Positions 38,490 through 47,547 of a DNA stretch of 64,000 nucleotides are shown piece by piece (positions within the stretch are counted from its first letter, which is position 1; every line of letters starts with the position of its first letter). The notes under the pieces are model-generated. The model was not told the origin of the DNA and searched no databases. It worked only from the letters and a program-made list of their open reading frames with translations. A program made the position numbers and the translations under genes. The DNA is from Clostridiaceae bacterium (GTDB lineage: Bacteria > Bacillota > Clostridia > Saccharofermentanales > DTU023). The stretch is from positions 596 through 64,595 of the forward strand of contig JAAYQX010000005.1 of assembly GCA_012519085.1 (NCBI GenBank). The letters run 5' to 3'.

Positions 38490-39716
38490 ATGAGTCCAGA
38501 TATACATCGTCATGAAAGATCTAATGATCTCACCTACGACCCCAATTACTACAAATACGATCAATATGGCAACAATCCCATGCCGGCTTATGCACCTGTC
38601 GGTCTAATTGCCATGAAAAGTGCCGTTGAATTCAGCACCATCGTCAACGATTTTCTAGTGCAAAGGCGCAAAGAATATATGGAGAGCGAGCCGGATACCA
38701 TAATCAGCCCCGGTTTCCTGCGCGACGATTATTTTGTTCCGGTCAATACTTTCCGTTTTTCCTCCGGTGAGGGCAAAGCAGTAGTTGAACGCACCGTGCG
38801 CGGCCATGATCTGTTCATCATCTGCGATCCTACCAATTATTCAGTAACCTATAATATCCGCGGCTGTGTCAATCATATGAGCCCTGACGACCACTATCAG
38901 GACTTGAAACGTGTTATCCTGGCCAGTTCCGGCAAAGCACGCCGGATCAATGTCTTTATGCCCTATCTCTACGAGGGCCGTCAGCACCGCCGCAATGCCC
39001 GCGAATCGTTGGACTGTGCCTATATGCTGGAAGAGCTGGATAATCTTGGGGTTGCCAATTTTATTACTTTTGACGCCCATGACGACCGGGTCGCCAATGC
39101 GGTTCCCACTTTTGGCTTTGAGAGTGTTCCCACTGTCTATCAGGTGCTGAAAGCGCTCAACAAATTGTACCCGGAGATTATCAAAGATCGCAGCAATCTA
39201 ATGATTATCAGCCCTGACGAAGGCGCTATCACACGCTCCATGTACTATGCCTCAGTGATGGGCGTCCCTCTGGGTACTTTCTACAAACGCCGCGACTACA
39301 CCATGATCAAAAACGGCCGCAATCCCATTATCGCGCATGAATTCTTGGGTGATTCAGTCAAGGGGAAAGATGTCCTGATTATCGACGATATGATCTCCTC
39401 AGGCGACTCGATGCTGGAACTGGCAAGGCAGCTCAAAGCCATGAAAGCCAACCGTATCTTCTGCATCGCTACTTTTGGCCTCTTCACTGACGGCATTGCA
39501 CTATTCGATCAAGCCTATGCCGAGGGCAATATTGACCGGGTATTCTGCACCAATCTGATCTACCGCAATCAGGAGCTGTTAGACGCTCCCTGGTATGTCG
39601 ATGTCAATATGGGCAAGTTCGTTGCCTTGCTGATTGATGCCATTAATCACAATGCTTCGCTCAGTTCGCTGGTCGATCCCTCGAACAAGATCCGCAAGCT
39701 ATTTGATCCTGCCTAG
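38490..39716 (+). CDS. Ribose-phosphate diphosphokinase (PRPP synthetase) family protein, long divergent form, copy 2
   Basis: The start is moved to the ATG at 38490 (GAGGAGGAAACA-ATG; MSPDIHRHE...). It has the same layout as copy 1 but is nearer canonical Prs: VFMPYLYEGRQHRRNARESL, ITFDAHD, IISPDEGA, FYKRRD and VLIIDDMISSGDS. Length 408 aa. Confidence 0.72.
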   Translation: MSPDIHRHERSNDLTYDPNYYKYDQYGNNPMPAYAPVGLIAMKSAVEFSTIVNDFLVQRRKEYMESEPDTIISPGFLRDDYFVPVNTFRFSSGEGKAVVERTVRGHDLFIICDPTNYSVTYNIRGCVNHMSPDDHYQDLKRVILASSGKARRINVFMPYLYEGRQHRRNARESLDCAYMLEELDNLGVANFITFDAHDDRVANAVPTFGFESVPTVYQVLKALNKLYPEIIKDRSNLMIISPDEGAITRSMYYASVMGVPLGTFYKRRDYTMIKNGRNPIIAHEFLGDSVKGKDVLIIDDMISSGDSMLELARQLKAMKANRIFCIATFGLFTDGIALFDQAYAEGNIDRVFCTNLIYRNQELLDAPWYVDVNMGKFVALLIDAINHNASLSSLVDPSNKIRKLFDPA

Positions 39717-39749
39717 TAAGCACTAAATTTTAATTATAATTTTCACTAG

Positions 39750-39788
39750 CAAAAGAGGTCAGCACCTGACAGGAGCTGACCTCTTTAA
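39750..39788. terminator. Hairpin terminator between the convergent prs-like and blaR1-like genes
   Basis: AAGAGGTCAGC-acctgacagga-GCTGACCTCTT, an 11-bp stem. The T-run is better on the minus strand (cctcTTTTg). Confidence 0.7.
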
Positions 39789-39813
39789 TGTCTGGCTCCG
39801 GCTGATCACCCGG

Positions 39814-41580
39814 CTAATCAACATAATCGCCGAACAGCTGTGCCGATTTAGTGAGGATGTCGATTTTGCGCAGATGCCGTATGTCCCGATTGCGACGGTA
39901 ATCAAATTTCAGATCAATATTGCCACGCAAATAGACATCAAATACATCATTGGGCTCATAGCAATCTATTACTTTTACCTCACTTCCTGTGATCGATAGC
40001 AACAAATCTACCTGGACGGAGGACCCGCCCCATTCACCATCAGGGTATTGGGTATTTGATATAACCTGAACTTCGGCCAGATAGATATCGCTTTCAATCT
40101 GTTCCAGATGATGCAGCTTGCTGACTATCTCATATGACTCGTCCGTTAATCTGTCGGGAGCATCCGGCAAATATTTGCCGGCTTCAAACTTTTTGCTGGC
40201 AGCCAATTCGCTAATAAACTGACCGAATCTGATTTTTTCCGCCAAAAACACTTCCAGTATCTCGCCCTCAAGATAGGGGCTGAGATCATGAGTCTGGCCA
40301 AAATTCTCATTCTCATAGAGTTTGCCGGTGAAAGTAATCACAGTTTCCTTTACCGTTTCATCAACACTGTCCTTTAACTCTTCAGATTGATAGCGAGGGA
40401 AAACCACTTGGGTAAAATCGGCAGCCTTATCCTTTACTTCCTGATCTTTCGCCGACAATTCCTGCTCGCTGAGAGACCCTATCCCGCGACTCAGATATTC
40501 TGTCCTTAGATTAAAATCAGGCCCACGCAATAAAGTGTCATAGTAACCGTCCACAATATATTGATCTGTCACCTTATATTTGCCTTCATGTTTAGACACA
40601 ATCAAATATATGATATCGCCGACAGACATATAATTATCCAGACCTAAACTGTTGTAACCTAAGGATACGGCCAACTTAACAAAAGTAGCATCCCCCGCCA
40701 GTTCCTCAAGCTCCAGAATTTCAATGCCGAGCAGGTAGTTATATCTTTCGAAGCCACTCCTTGCAATGTACGGATACTGCTGACTAATCAGTTTTTCCAG
40801 GTAACTTGCCAGAGACTCACCCGCAAAATATTTGTTCAAATCAAAGGTGGTGCCGAGCTCTTTATTCTGATACAAATCAACAATATAGAGATGAATTAAG
40901 TTTTCCAGCTTTCTATCAATCTTGCCCTGATAGGCAGGGGTAATTACTTGGAATAACGGCAGCGCAACTTCATCGTCTTCCAGCGCAGGCGCCAAAGGAT
41001 CGTCTCCCCTCTTTGTCTGAGGATTAGTCAGAAAACAGACTGCCAGCACAATGGCCACAATAATTGCGGCGATAATCACCCAGAAAGCCGGCTTCTTATA
41101 ATTAAGGATCGAGCGGACTCTCTCCTTCACACTCACGGCCCCGAAAGCCAGCGGACAGGCCATAATACTGCGTCTCGCTACACTGTTCTCTAACAAAGCA
41201 TCAGAATAGGCGATCTTGTCCGAGGTGGACATGGAGCGGATAACCCGTTCATCACAGGCCAGTTCAATATCCCGGCAAAATAGATAATAGGCAACCCAGA
41301 TCAGAGGATTAAACCAATAGACCGCCAGTAAAACAAAACCCAGAGGTTTCCACAAATGATCTTTGCGCGCAAGATGCGCCTGCTCATGGGCTATCACATA
41401 TGGCCGCTGCTCCTCGGCCAGACCGGAGGGCAGGATCAAACGGAGACCGACCAAAGACCACAGGCTTATCCTTATCGCCTTCGGCGCTTTCCGGAAAAGC
41501 AGACGCAAGAGCAAGATGACCAAAATCAACCAACTGGCGGTGATGCTCATATTAAAGAGGCGGATAAACAAATGGTTCAT
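39814..41580 (-). CDS. M56-family (BlaR1/MecR1-like) membrane metalloprotease with a non-PBP extracellular domain
   Basis: 588 aa. It has the HExxH motif in VIAHEQAHLARKDHLWKP, a FNPLIWVAYYL helix, CDERVI, and KERVRSILNYKKPAFWVII (the last TM). A ~400-aa C-terminal region follows that consists of two similar halves. It overlaps the blaI-like stop by 4 bp. Confidence 0.82.
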   Translation of the reverse strand: MNHLFIRLFNMSITASWLILVILLLRLLFRKAPKAIRISLWSLVGLRLILPSGLAEEQRPYVIAHEQAHLARKDHLWKPLGFVLLAVYWFNPLIWVAYYLFCRDIELACDERVIRSMSTSDKIAYSDALLENSVARRSIMACPLAFGAVSVKERVRSILNYKKPAFWVIIAAIIVAIVLAVCFLTNPQTKRGDDPLAPALEDDEVALPLFQVITPAYQGKIDRKLENLIHLYIVDLYQNKELGTTFDLNKYFAGESLASYLEKLISQQYPYIARSGFERYNYLLGIEILELEELAGDATFVKLAVSLGYNSLGLDNYMSVGDIIYLIVSKHEGKYKVTDQYIVDGYYDTLLRGPDFNLRTEYLSRGIGSLSEQELSAKDQEVKDKAADFTQVVFPRYQSEELKDSVDETVKETVITFTGKLYENENFGQTHDLSPYLEGEILEVFLAEKIRFGQFISELAASKKFEAGKYLPDAPDRLTDESYEIVSKLHHLEQIESDIYLAEVQVISNTQYPDGEWGGSSVQVDLLLSITGSEVKVIDCYEPNDVFDVYLRGNIDLKFDYRRNRDIRHLRKIDILTKSAQLFGDYVD

Positions 41581-41942
41581 GATTTATCCTCCGCTGCGTC
41601 AATCATGGCCCGAATCTCCGCAATCTCTGCTGCGGTCAGAGCCTTCTGCTGGGTAAAAGCGGCAATAAAAGCCGGCAGTGAGCCGTCAAAGGCTTCCTCC
41701 ACAAAGCGCTCGCCCTGTTTGCCGTAGAATTCTTCCCGGGAAAGGAGTGAAGTAACAATACCGTCTTGATTCTGAAAGATACCCTTTTCTGTCAATTTAC
41801 GCAGAACATTATAGGTTGTGGGACGCTTCCAGTTCAGTTCCCGGCTGCAGATTTCAGCCAGCTGACGTGATCCGATCGGCTCGTGCTCCCAGATAATATC
41901 GGTGAAGCGAGCCTCAATTACACCTAAAGTCAAATCAGCCAT
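41577..41942 (-). CDS. BlaI/MecI/CopY-family transcriptional repressor
   Basis: 121 aa with a winged-helix N-terminus (EARFTDIIWEHEPIGSRQLAEICSRELNWKRPTTYNVLRKLTEKGI). It lies upstream of and is coupled to the M56 protease gene. Confidence 0.88.
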   Translation of the reverse strand: MADLTLGVIEARFTDIIWEHEPIGSRQLAEICSRELNWKRPTTYNVLRKLTEKGIFQNQDGIVTSLLSREEFYGKQGERFVEEAFDGSLPAFIAAFTQQKALTAAEIAEIRAMIDAAEDKS

Positions 41943-41958
41943 GGCATAGTCCTCCCGA

Positions 41959-42014
41959 TCTGTTCATTAGTAATAAACTAACTGTAGTTTACTGACAATG
42001 AACAGACTTGTCAA
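41959..42014 (-). promoter_or_regulatory. Promoter with an overlapping nested-palindrome operator for the blaI/blaR1-like operon
   Basis: The plus strand reads TCTGTTCATT-agtaa-TAAACT-aactgt-AGTTTA-ctgac-AATGAACAGA (41959-42006; outer 10-bp and inner 6-bp arms both perfect). The minus strand reads TTGACA (42014-42009), 17 nt, then TAAACT (41991-41986), so the palindrome covers the spacer, the -10 and the early transcript. Confidence 0.6.
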
Positions 42015-42051
42015 GAACTAATTTAAATTTGGAGATAAATGCTCTTTATGG

Positions 42052-42300
42052 TCAATCGGATCTCTGGCGGATGAAAAAATAAATCCAGCCGGCTACGAAA
42101 GCAATCAGAACTTCAATGCCGATCAGAGTGAGAAAAATCTTGACCTTGTTCAGAGATATGAGCAGATTGAGGAGAATTAAGAGCACAAAGCCAACGATCA
42201 GCAGGAAAAATCGACCGATACCGACTCGCCAGATTCTCTTGATCAGATGCTCCTCACTATAGGCATGGAAGCCATAATCGTTATCATTTTTCTTCGCCAT
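42052..42300 (-). CDS. Small hypothetical two-TM membrane protein
   Basis: 82 aa with two clear hydrophobic helices (FFLLIVGFVLLILLNLLI, IFLTLIGIEVLIAFVAGWIYFFI). I recognise no family. Confidence 0.4.
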   Translation of the reverse strand: MAKKNDNDYGFHAYSEEHLIKRIWRVGIGRFFLLIVGFVLLILLNLLISLNKVKIFLTLIGIEVLIAFVAGWIYFFIRQRSD

Positions 42301-42529
42301 CAGATCACCTCACAGATCATATGATATTATACAAAAAGATCAGATTAGCGCCAAGATACAGCTGCCGGGTTTTGACTTGTTTCGCGGGCATTTTTACGAG
42401 ATGTATCACGGATACTTGGTCTGTCACAGACAGCAATTACCGGAAGCCAGCCGGAAGAATATTCCTATTAAATAGCGCTAACTGCTTGCAGACATATGAA
42501 TTTCTAAACTCAACAGGGGCAAGGGGAAG

Positions 42530-44446
42530 ATGGCCTTAGACGGAATTACCGCCACAGCATTAAGTGAGGAACTGAACCACAGACTGGCCGGCTCGCGCGT
42601 AGACCGGATTATGCAGCCTGACCGCTATACGATCGTACTCACACTCTACAACGGCCACAGGCAGGAACAATTGACAATCAGTGCCAATCCCTCTTTGCCG
42701 GCCATCTACCTGGGGCGTCCCGATCAGCCGAACCCTCAGATAGCGCCTTCGTTTTGCATGATGCTGCGTAAATATCTGCAGGGGGCGACTCTGACTGCTA
42801 TTGACACACCACCATACGAACGCATTTTTCGTCTGCACTTCCAGGCACTGGATGAATACCGTGACCGCGTAGAAAAATATCTGGTCGCCGAATTGATTAA
42901 CCGCCGCACCAATCTTATCCTGCTCAATGCGGAGGGAAATATCCATAATGCCATCATCCATGTCGATCACAGCATCAATCGGGTGCGGGAAATCCTGCCG
43001 GCACATCCTTATCAGCTCCCACCCCCCATGGATAAGCTCAGCCCTGAAGAATGGCTCAGCTCACTGGAAGCCGGCACTCCTTTCCCCTCATATCTTGACC
43101 CTCTGCGCATCGAACAGGCGCTGTTGGCACTGATCCTTGGCCTCTCGCCCTTTCCCGCCAGGACAATTATCGCCAGCTGCGGTCTGGATCCCCGCCTGCA
43201 GCTGCAGGAGCTAAGCCCGGCACAAAAAACACAGCTCGCCGCTGCTCTTGCACAGCAGATGCAAAAGGTCGCCGCACGCCACTGGCAGCCGACACTGTAT
43301 TACAGCAGCACCGATGCCAAAGTCCCGCTAGATTTCTATGCCCTGTCCCTGCCGACCCCTCTGCACAAGGAACCACTCACTTCCATCGCTCAGGCCATGA
43401 CCGTCTTCAGCAACAGTCAGCGTGAGAGCAACCGCCTGGAACAAAAGCGCCAACATCTGAAGCGCTTGCTAAATCAGGAGCTGGAAGCGGTGGCCCGCAA
43501 GGCCGACCTCCATCGCCAGGATCTGGCGGAGGGCGAAAAAGCGGATAAATTCCAACGTTACGGCGAACTGATCCTAGCCAATCTCCGGCAGTATCAGCCT
43601 AATGCTCGAACCATGACTGCCATTGATTATTACGACCCAGATCAAAAAACAATCGAGATTCCACTGCAGGAGCAACTATCCTCTGGCCCCGCCAATGCCG
43701 ATCGCTATTTCCGCCGCGCCAACAAAGCCAAGAGCAAGCTGAAAATCGGCTCCCAGCTGCTGGCGATCGCCGAACGCAATCTCTCCTGGCTGCGCTCGCT
43801 ACAGACAGCCGTAGACACGGCAGCTGAAGTAGCCGATCTGGAGGCCATTAATGAAGAATTCCGCCACTACCGCAAAAGCAGCAAAAACGCCCTCACGGCC
43901 GCGCAGCTCCGGGGCATAGCAGGCCAAACTGAACGCCGCCCGAATCAGAAACAGTCGGAAACAGAGCTCCAGCCGCTAAATCTCAACCCCGGCAAACCGG
44001 GCAAAAAGAAATCTTACCACCCTAAGCAGACCAAAAAGAAAAAACAACGGGCACACTCTGCCGATCAGCCCCTGCCCCCCAGGCGCTATCTGTCCTCGGA
44101 CGGGCTGCTGATCACAGTCGGTCGCAACAATATCCAAAACGACCGCCTCACCCTGCGTCAAGCCGCCAAAGACCATCTCTGGCTCCATGTCAAAGACGCC
44201 CCCGGCACCCATGTCATCATCAATCACAAGCAAGAAGAAATACCCGACCGCACGATCGAAGAAGCCGCCGGCATCGCCGCCTGGTTCTCCCGCAAAGCCG
44301 GCAGTCTGGCCAAAACCGCCGTTGACTTCTGTCCCATCCGCAATGTGCGCAAACCCAAAAGCGCCCATCCCGGCCATGTCATCTACGACGACTACAGCAC
44401 TATCCTGGTTGAACCGCTGGACCCGACCACTTTGCGAAAACCCTAG
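42530..44446 (+). CDS. rqcH: Ribosome quality control protein RqcH (NFACT / FbpA family)
   Basis: 638 aa with an NFACT-N start MALDGITATALSEELN...RVDRIMQPDRYTIVLTLY, a coiled-coil middle and an NFACT-R end (...LWLHVKDAPGTHVII...). Confidence 0.88.
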   Translation: MALDGITATALSEELNHRLAGSRVDRIMQPDRYTIVLTLYNGHRQEQLTISANPSLPAIYLGRPDQPNPQIAPSFCMMLRKYLQGATLTAIDTPPYERIFRLHFQALDEYRDRVEKYLVAELINRRTNLILLNAEGNIHNAIIHVDHSINRVREILPAHPYQLPPPMDKLSPEEWLSSLEAGTPFPSYLDPLRIEQALLALILGLSPFPARTIIASCGLDPRLQLQELSPAQKTQLAAALAQQMQKVAARHWQPTLYYSSTDAKVPLDFYALSLPTPLHKEPLTSIAQAMTVFSNSQRESNRLEQKRQHLKRLLNQELEAVARKADLHRQDLAEGEKADKFQRYGELILANLRQYQPNARTMTAIDYYDPDQKTIEIPLQEQLSSGPANADRYFRRANKAKSKLKIGSQLLAIAERNLSWLRSLQTAVDTAAEVADLEAINEEFRHYRKSSKNALTAAQLRGIAGQTERRPNQKQSETELQPLNLNPGKPGKKKSYHPKQTKKKKQRAHSADQPLPPRRYLSSDGLLITVGRNNIQNDRLTLRQAAKDHLWLHVKDAPGTHVIINHKQEEIPDRTIEEAAGIAAWFSRKAGSLAKTAVDFCPIRNVRKPKSAHPGHVIYDDYSTILVEPLDPTTLRKP

Positions 44447-44565
44447 AATTTTTTAACGAAGACAATCCCGATCACTCCCTCACCCGGACTAAGTACAGTT
44501 GGTTACAGGTAGCGGCACACATTTAAGAGCGCCTTCGTCAAACAAAATTTAATTCGGCAGCTAGC

Positions 44566-45165
44566 TTAGGTTCGATCAGATATCCCCTGTTCCAGCCGGG
44601 CGTGCTCCGCTTTAATTCGCTCTTTGAATGAGGATTCTTCAAGAGAAAAAATACAGCCGCAATAGCGCTGGCGGTATAATCCATGCTCCCGCGCCCATTG
44701 CTGCCCGGCACGGAAGCCGGGACGCCAGTCGGCAGCCAGGAATTTAAGGCCATATGAATCTGCCAGTTCCTGTCCGATCTCAACGATCATTTCGCGCTTC
44801 TGATAGGGACTGACTAATAAAGTAGTGCTAAAAACTGGAAAACGGTTGGCCTGTGCATAGCGGGCTGCTTCTTCCAGGCGCAGCCGATAACAGAAGCGGC
44901 AGCGTTCAGCCTGATCGGGCAGTGACAGCCACTGCTCTGTCGCCGCCGCACCTGTCGCCACCAAAGACAAATCCAGCAAGTCGCTCAATTTGGCTAAAGA
45001 CTCGTAACGGCGTTGCCATTCCGCCTGGGGCTGAATATTGGGATTAAAATAGTACAGAGTTGGCTGATAATTTTCCGCTGAAAGCTGCTGCAGCGGATAT
45101 TCGGCACAAGGACCGCAACAGCAATGGAGTAGAATTCCTTCTGTCTTCTTAATCTTCATCGACAA
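44566..45165 (-). CDS. queH: Epoxyqueuosine reductase QueH (DUF208)
   Basis: 199 aa with LLHCCCGPCAEYPL and downstream Cys motifs (CRFCY, YCGC) typical of QueH. Confidence 0.85.
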   Translation of the reverse strand: MSMKIKKTEGILLHCCCGPCAEYPLQQLSAENYQPTLYYFNPNIQPQAEWQRRYESLAKLSDLLDLSLVATGAAATEQWLSLPDQAERCRFCYRLRLEEAARYAQANRFPVFSTTLLVSPYQKREMIVEIGQELADSYGLKFLAADWRPGFRAGQQWAREHGLYRQRYCGCIFSLEESSFKERIKAEHARLEQGISDRT

Positions 45166-45168
45166 TAT

Positions 45169-46287
45169 CTACTCTTGGATAGCGTTGTCCTCATCAGACA
45201 GTTCGGTCAGATCGCGCAGCGCCATCTGGGAATCAAGCACAGCTTGAGTACCCGGTCTACTGCCGGGAACCAAACCCAAATGAGCGAAACCTTGGTCAGT
45301 TAGCACTCTGCCTCGCGGTGTCTTAGCCAGGAAGCCGATCTGCAGCAAATAAGGTTCATAGACATCTTCGATTGTGCCCGGATCTTCGCCGGTTGTAGCA
45401 GCCAGAGTATCCAGCCCCACCGGGCCACCGCGATAGATCTCGGCCATGGCCAGCATTACTCTCCTGTCTGTAGCATCCAGGCCCCGCTCATCGATCTCCA
45501 AGGCAGCCAGACCTACACTGCAGATATCCCTGTCAATCACGCCACAACCTTTGACTTGGGCAAAATCCCGCATCCGGCGCAAGAGGCGAATGGCAATACG
45601 AGGCGTGCCGCGGCAGCGGCCGGACAAAATTTCCAGTCCATCCCGATCAATCCCGATCGAAAGCAAGGCTGCGTTGCGTTTGAGTATCTCGGCTATTTCC
45701 GCCTCCGAATAGAGCTCCAGGCGATGAATCATACCAAAGCGGTCACGTAAAGGCGAAGTCAAAAGACCGGCTCTCGTGGTCGCTCCAATCAGTGTAAACG
45801 GCGGCAAATCTAGTCTGATCGAACGGGCGGCCGGACCTTTGCCGATCATAATATCCAAAGCAAAATCCTCCATCGCCGGATAGAGAATTTCCTCCACGGC
45901 ATGGTTCAGGCGATGGACTTCATCAATGAAGAGCACATCATGTTCTTCCAAATTGGTCAAGATAGCGGCCAATTCACCCTGACGTTCAATCGCCGGGCCG
46001 GAGGTCACACGCATCTGCACCCCCAGCTCATTGGCAATAATACCGGCCAGAGTTGTTTTGCCAAGTCCCGGCGGACCATAAAGGAGTACATGATCCAGGG
46101 CCTCCCCCCTTTCCATGGCAGCTTTTATATAGACCCGCAGATTTTCTTTAATCCTGGACTGTCCGGCATATTCGGCCAGAGTTCTGGGGCGCATACTGAC
46201 TTCATCTTTGTCCTCCATCAGATGTTTGCGGGACAAGATACGCTCATCTTCCTGGTCTTCATCCATCTGGCTGAAAATATTATACAA
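45169..46287 (-). CDS. ruvB: Holliday junction helicase RuvB
   Basis: 372 aa with a TTG start 7 nt after GGGGGAGG. It has Walker [12 protein letters not shown], Walker B LFIDEVH and sensor regions. Confidence 0.95.
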   Translation of the reverse strand: MYNIFSQMDEDQEDERILSRKHLMEDKDEVSMRPRTLAEYAGQSRIKENLRVYIKAAMERGEALDHVLLYGPPGLGKTTLAGIIANELGVQMRVTSGPAIERQGELAAILTNLEEHDVLFIDEVHRLNHAVEEILYPAMEDFALDIMIGKGPAARSIRLDLPPFTLIGATTRAGLLTSPLRDRFGMIHRLELYSEAEIAEILKRNAALLSIGIDRDGLEILSGRCRGTPRIAIRLLRRMRDFAQVKGCGVIDRDICSVGLAALEIDERGLDATDRRVMLAMAEIYRGGPVGLDTLAATTGEDPGTIEDVYEPYLLQIGFLAKTPRGRVLTDQGFAHLGLVPGSRPGTQAVLDSQMALRDLTELSDEDNAIQE

Positions 46288-46319
46288 AGTATTACCTCCC
46301 CCTGAACCTGATCAATAAC

Positions 46320-46919
46320 TCACACTTTCATCGTCTTCAGTGCTTTGAGAATGACAGTCTCCAAGCTGTCATCCTCTGTTCTGCCGCAATTCTGCAGGGC
46401 CTGTCTTGCCTCCTCATTGCGGTAACCCAAAACCATCAAAGCAGATACGGCTTGAGCATCAATGGAATCCGGCGCCGACAGAAACTCATCACTTGTCGAA
46501 GTCAAATCCAACTCCAATTTGCGCAACTTATCTTTTAGTTCCAAGATCAAGCGCTGAGCTCCTTTTTTGCCTATGCCTTTGATAGTAGTCAGGACATTGA
46601 CATCATCATTGAGAATCGCCAGGGCGAAAGCACCCGGAGAAATCGAGCCGGTGATTGTGATGGCAACTTTAGGACCAATTCCCGACACCGTCTGCACCAA
46701 CCGGAACAGATTTTTTTCTTCTTCGCCGGGGAAACCGAACAGGGTCATTTGATCTTCCCGGACAGAAAGCTCAACCGGTATCTTGGCCGTTTCGCCGACA
46801 GCAGGCAAGGCATTCACCATCCCCGGGTGAATCTGGACCTCATAACCGATGCCACCGGCCTCGACTATGAGATAGTCCGGTGTCTTAACTATGATTTGGC
46901 CCCTAATATATGAATACAT
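46320..46919 (-). CDS. ruvA: Holliday junction DNA-binding protein RuvA
   Basis: 199 aa starting MYSYIRGQI...GIGYEV, with HhH motifs (VSGIGPKVA, IKGIGKKGAQRL). Confidence 0.95.
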   Translation of the reverse strand: MYSYIRGQIIVKTPDYLIVEAGGIGYEVQIHPGMVNALPAVGETAKIPVELSVREDQMTLFGFPGEEEKNLFRLVQTVSGIGPKVAITITGSISPGAFALAILNDDVNVLTTIKGIGKKGAQRLILELKDKLRKLELDLTSTSDEFLSAPDSIDAQAVSALMVLGYRNEEARQALQNCGRTEDDSLETVILKALKTMKV

Positions 46920-47026
46920 GTTTTTCCCTCATCTGTTAGAAGTGCTGTAAGCAGCGTCTAATATCTATTGTACTATGAAAATAACCGAATATAGTCCTCG
47001 TGAAAGAGCAGCACAAAGTGATCTTC

Positions 47027-47530
47027 TTATTGATAACCGCCAACCGCCAGGGAATCAAGCCTATTGCCACTATGGGCATGACAAATCGCTACCGCCAATG
47101 CATCAGCAGCATCATCAGGCTGGGGCGGTCGGGATAGTTTCAGCAGAATCCTGACCATTTCCTGCATTTGTGCTTTCTCCGCTCGTCCGTAACCGGTGAC
47201 AGCCATTTTGACCTGCAAGGGCGTATATTCAAACACCGGTATGCCGGCCTGAGCCGCGGCTAAGACAGCAACACCCCTGGCCTGTGCCGTTCCGATCGCG
47301 GTCGTTGTATTGCGGCTGAAAAACAGTTCCTCAATCGCCAGACAGTCCGGCTTAAAATTGGCTATCAGCTGAGCCAGACCCTCATGGATTGAGCGCAAGC
47401 GCAGGGGGAAATAGCTTTTGGCCGGTGTTGAAACGACGCCGTAATCGAGAGCCTTCAAGATGCCTCTCTCTTTGGCTATTACTCCGTAGCCGGTTATGGC
47501 ATATCCGGGATCAACACCCAGGATAATCAC
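47027..47530 (-). CDS. ruvC: Holliday junction resolvase RuvC
   Basis: 167 aa starting MIILGVDPGYAITGYGVI. It shows the RNase H-like fold with conserved acidic residues (D7, E67, D.. A.A.A). Confidence 0.94.
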   Translation of the reverse strand: MIILGVDPGYAITGYGVIAKERGILKALDYGVVSTPAKSYFPLRLRSIHEGLAQLIANFKPDCLAIEELFFSRNTTTAIGTAQARGVAVLAAAQAGIPVFEYTPLQVKMAVTGYGRAEKAQMQEMVRILLKLSRPPQPDDAADALAVAICHAHSGNRLDSLAVGGYQ

Positions 47531-47547
47531 AACTACCTCACGCCCTT

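Noticed and set aside
44538-44783. 81-aa minus-strand ORF overlapping the 3' end of queH, and similar internal ORFs such as 10207..10422, 38244..38564 and 51728..51985
   Set aside because: They are alternative-frame ORFs nested in or overlapping genes with clear family motifs. None has its own RBS or recognisable domain.
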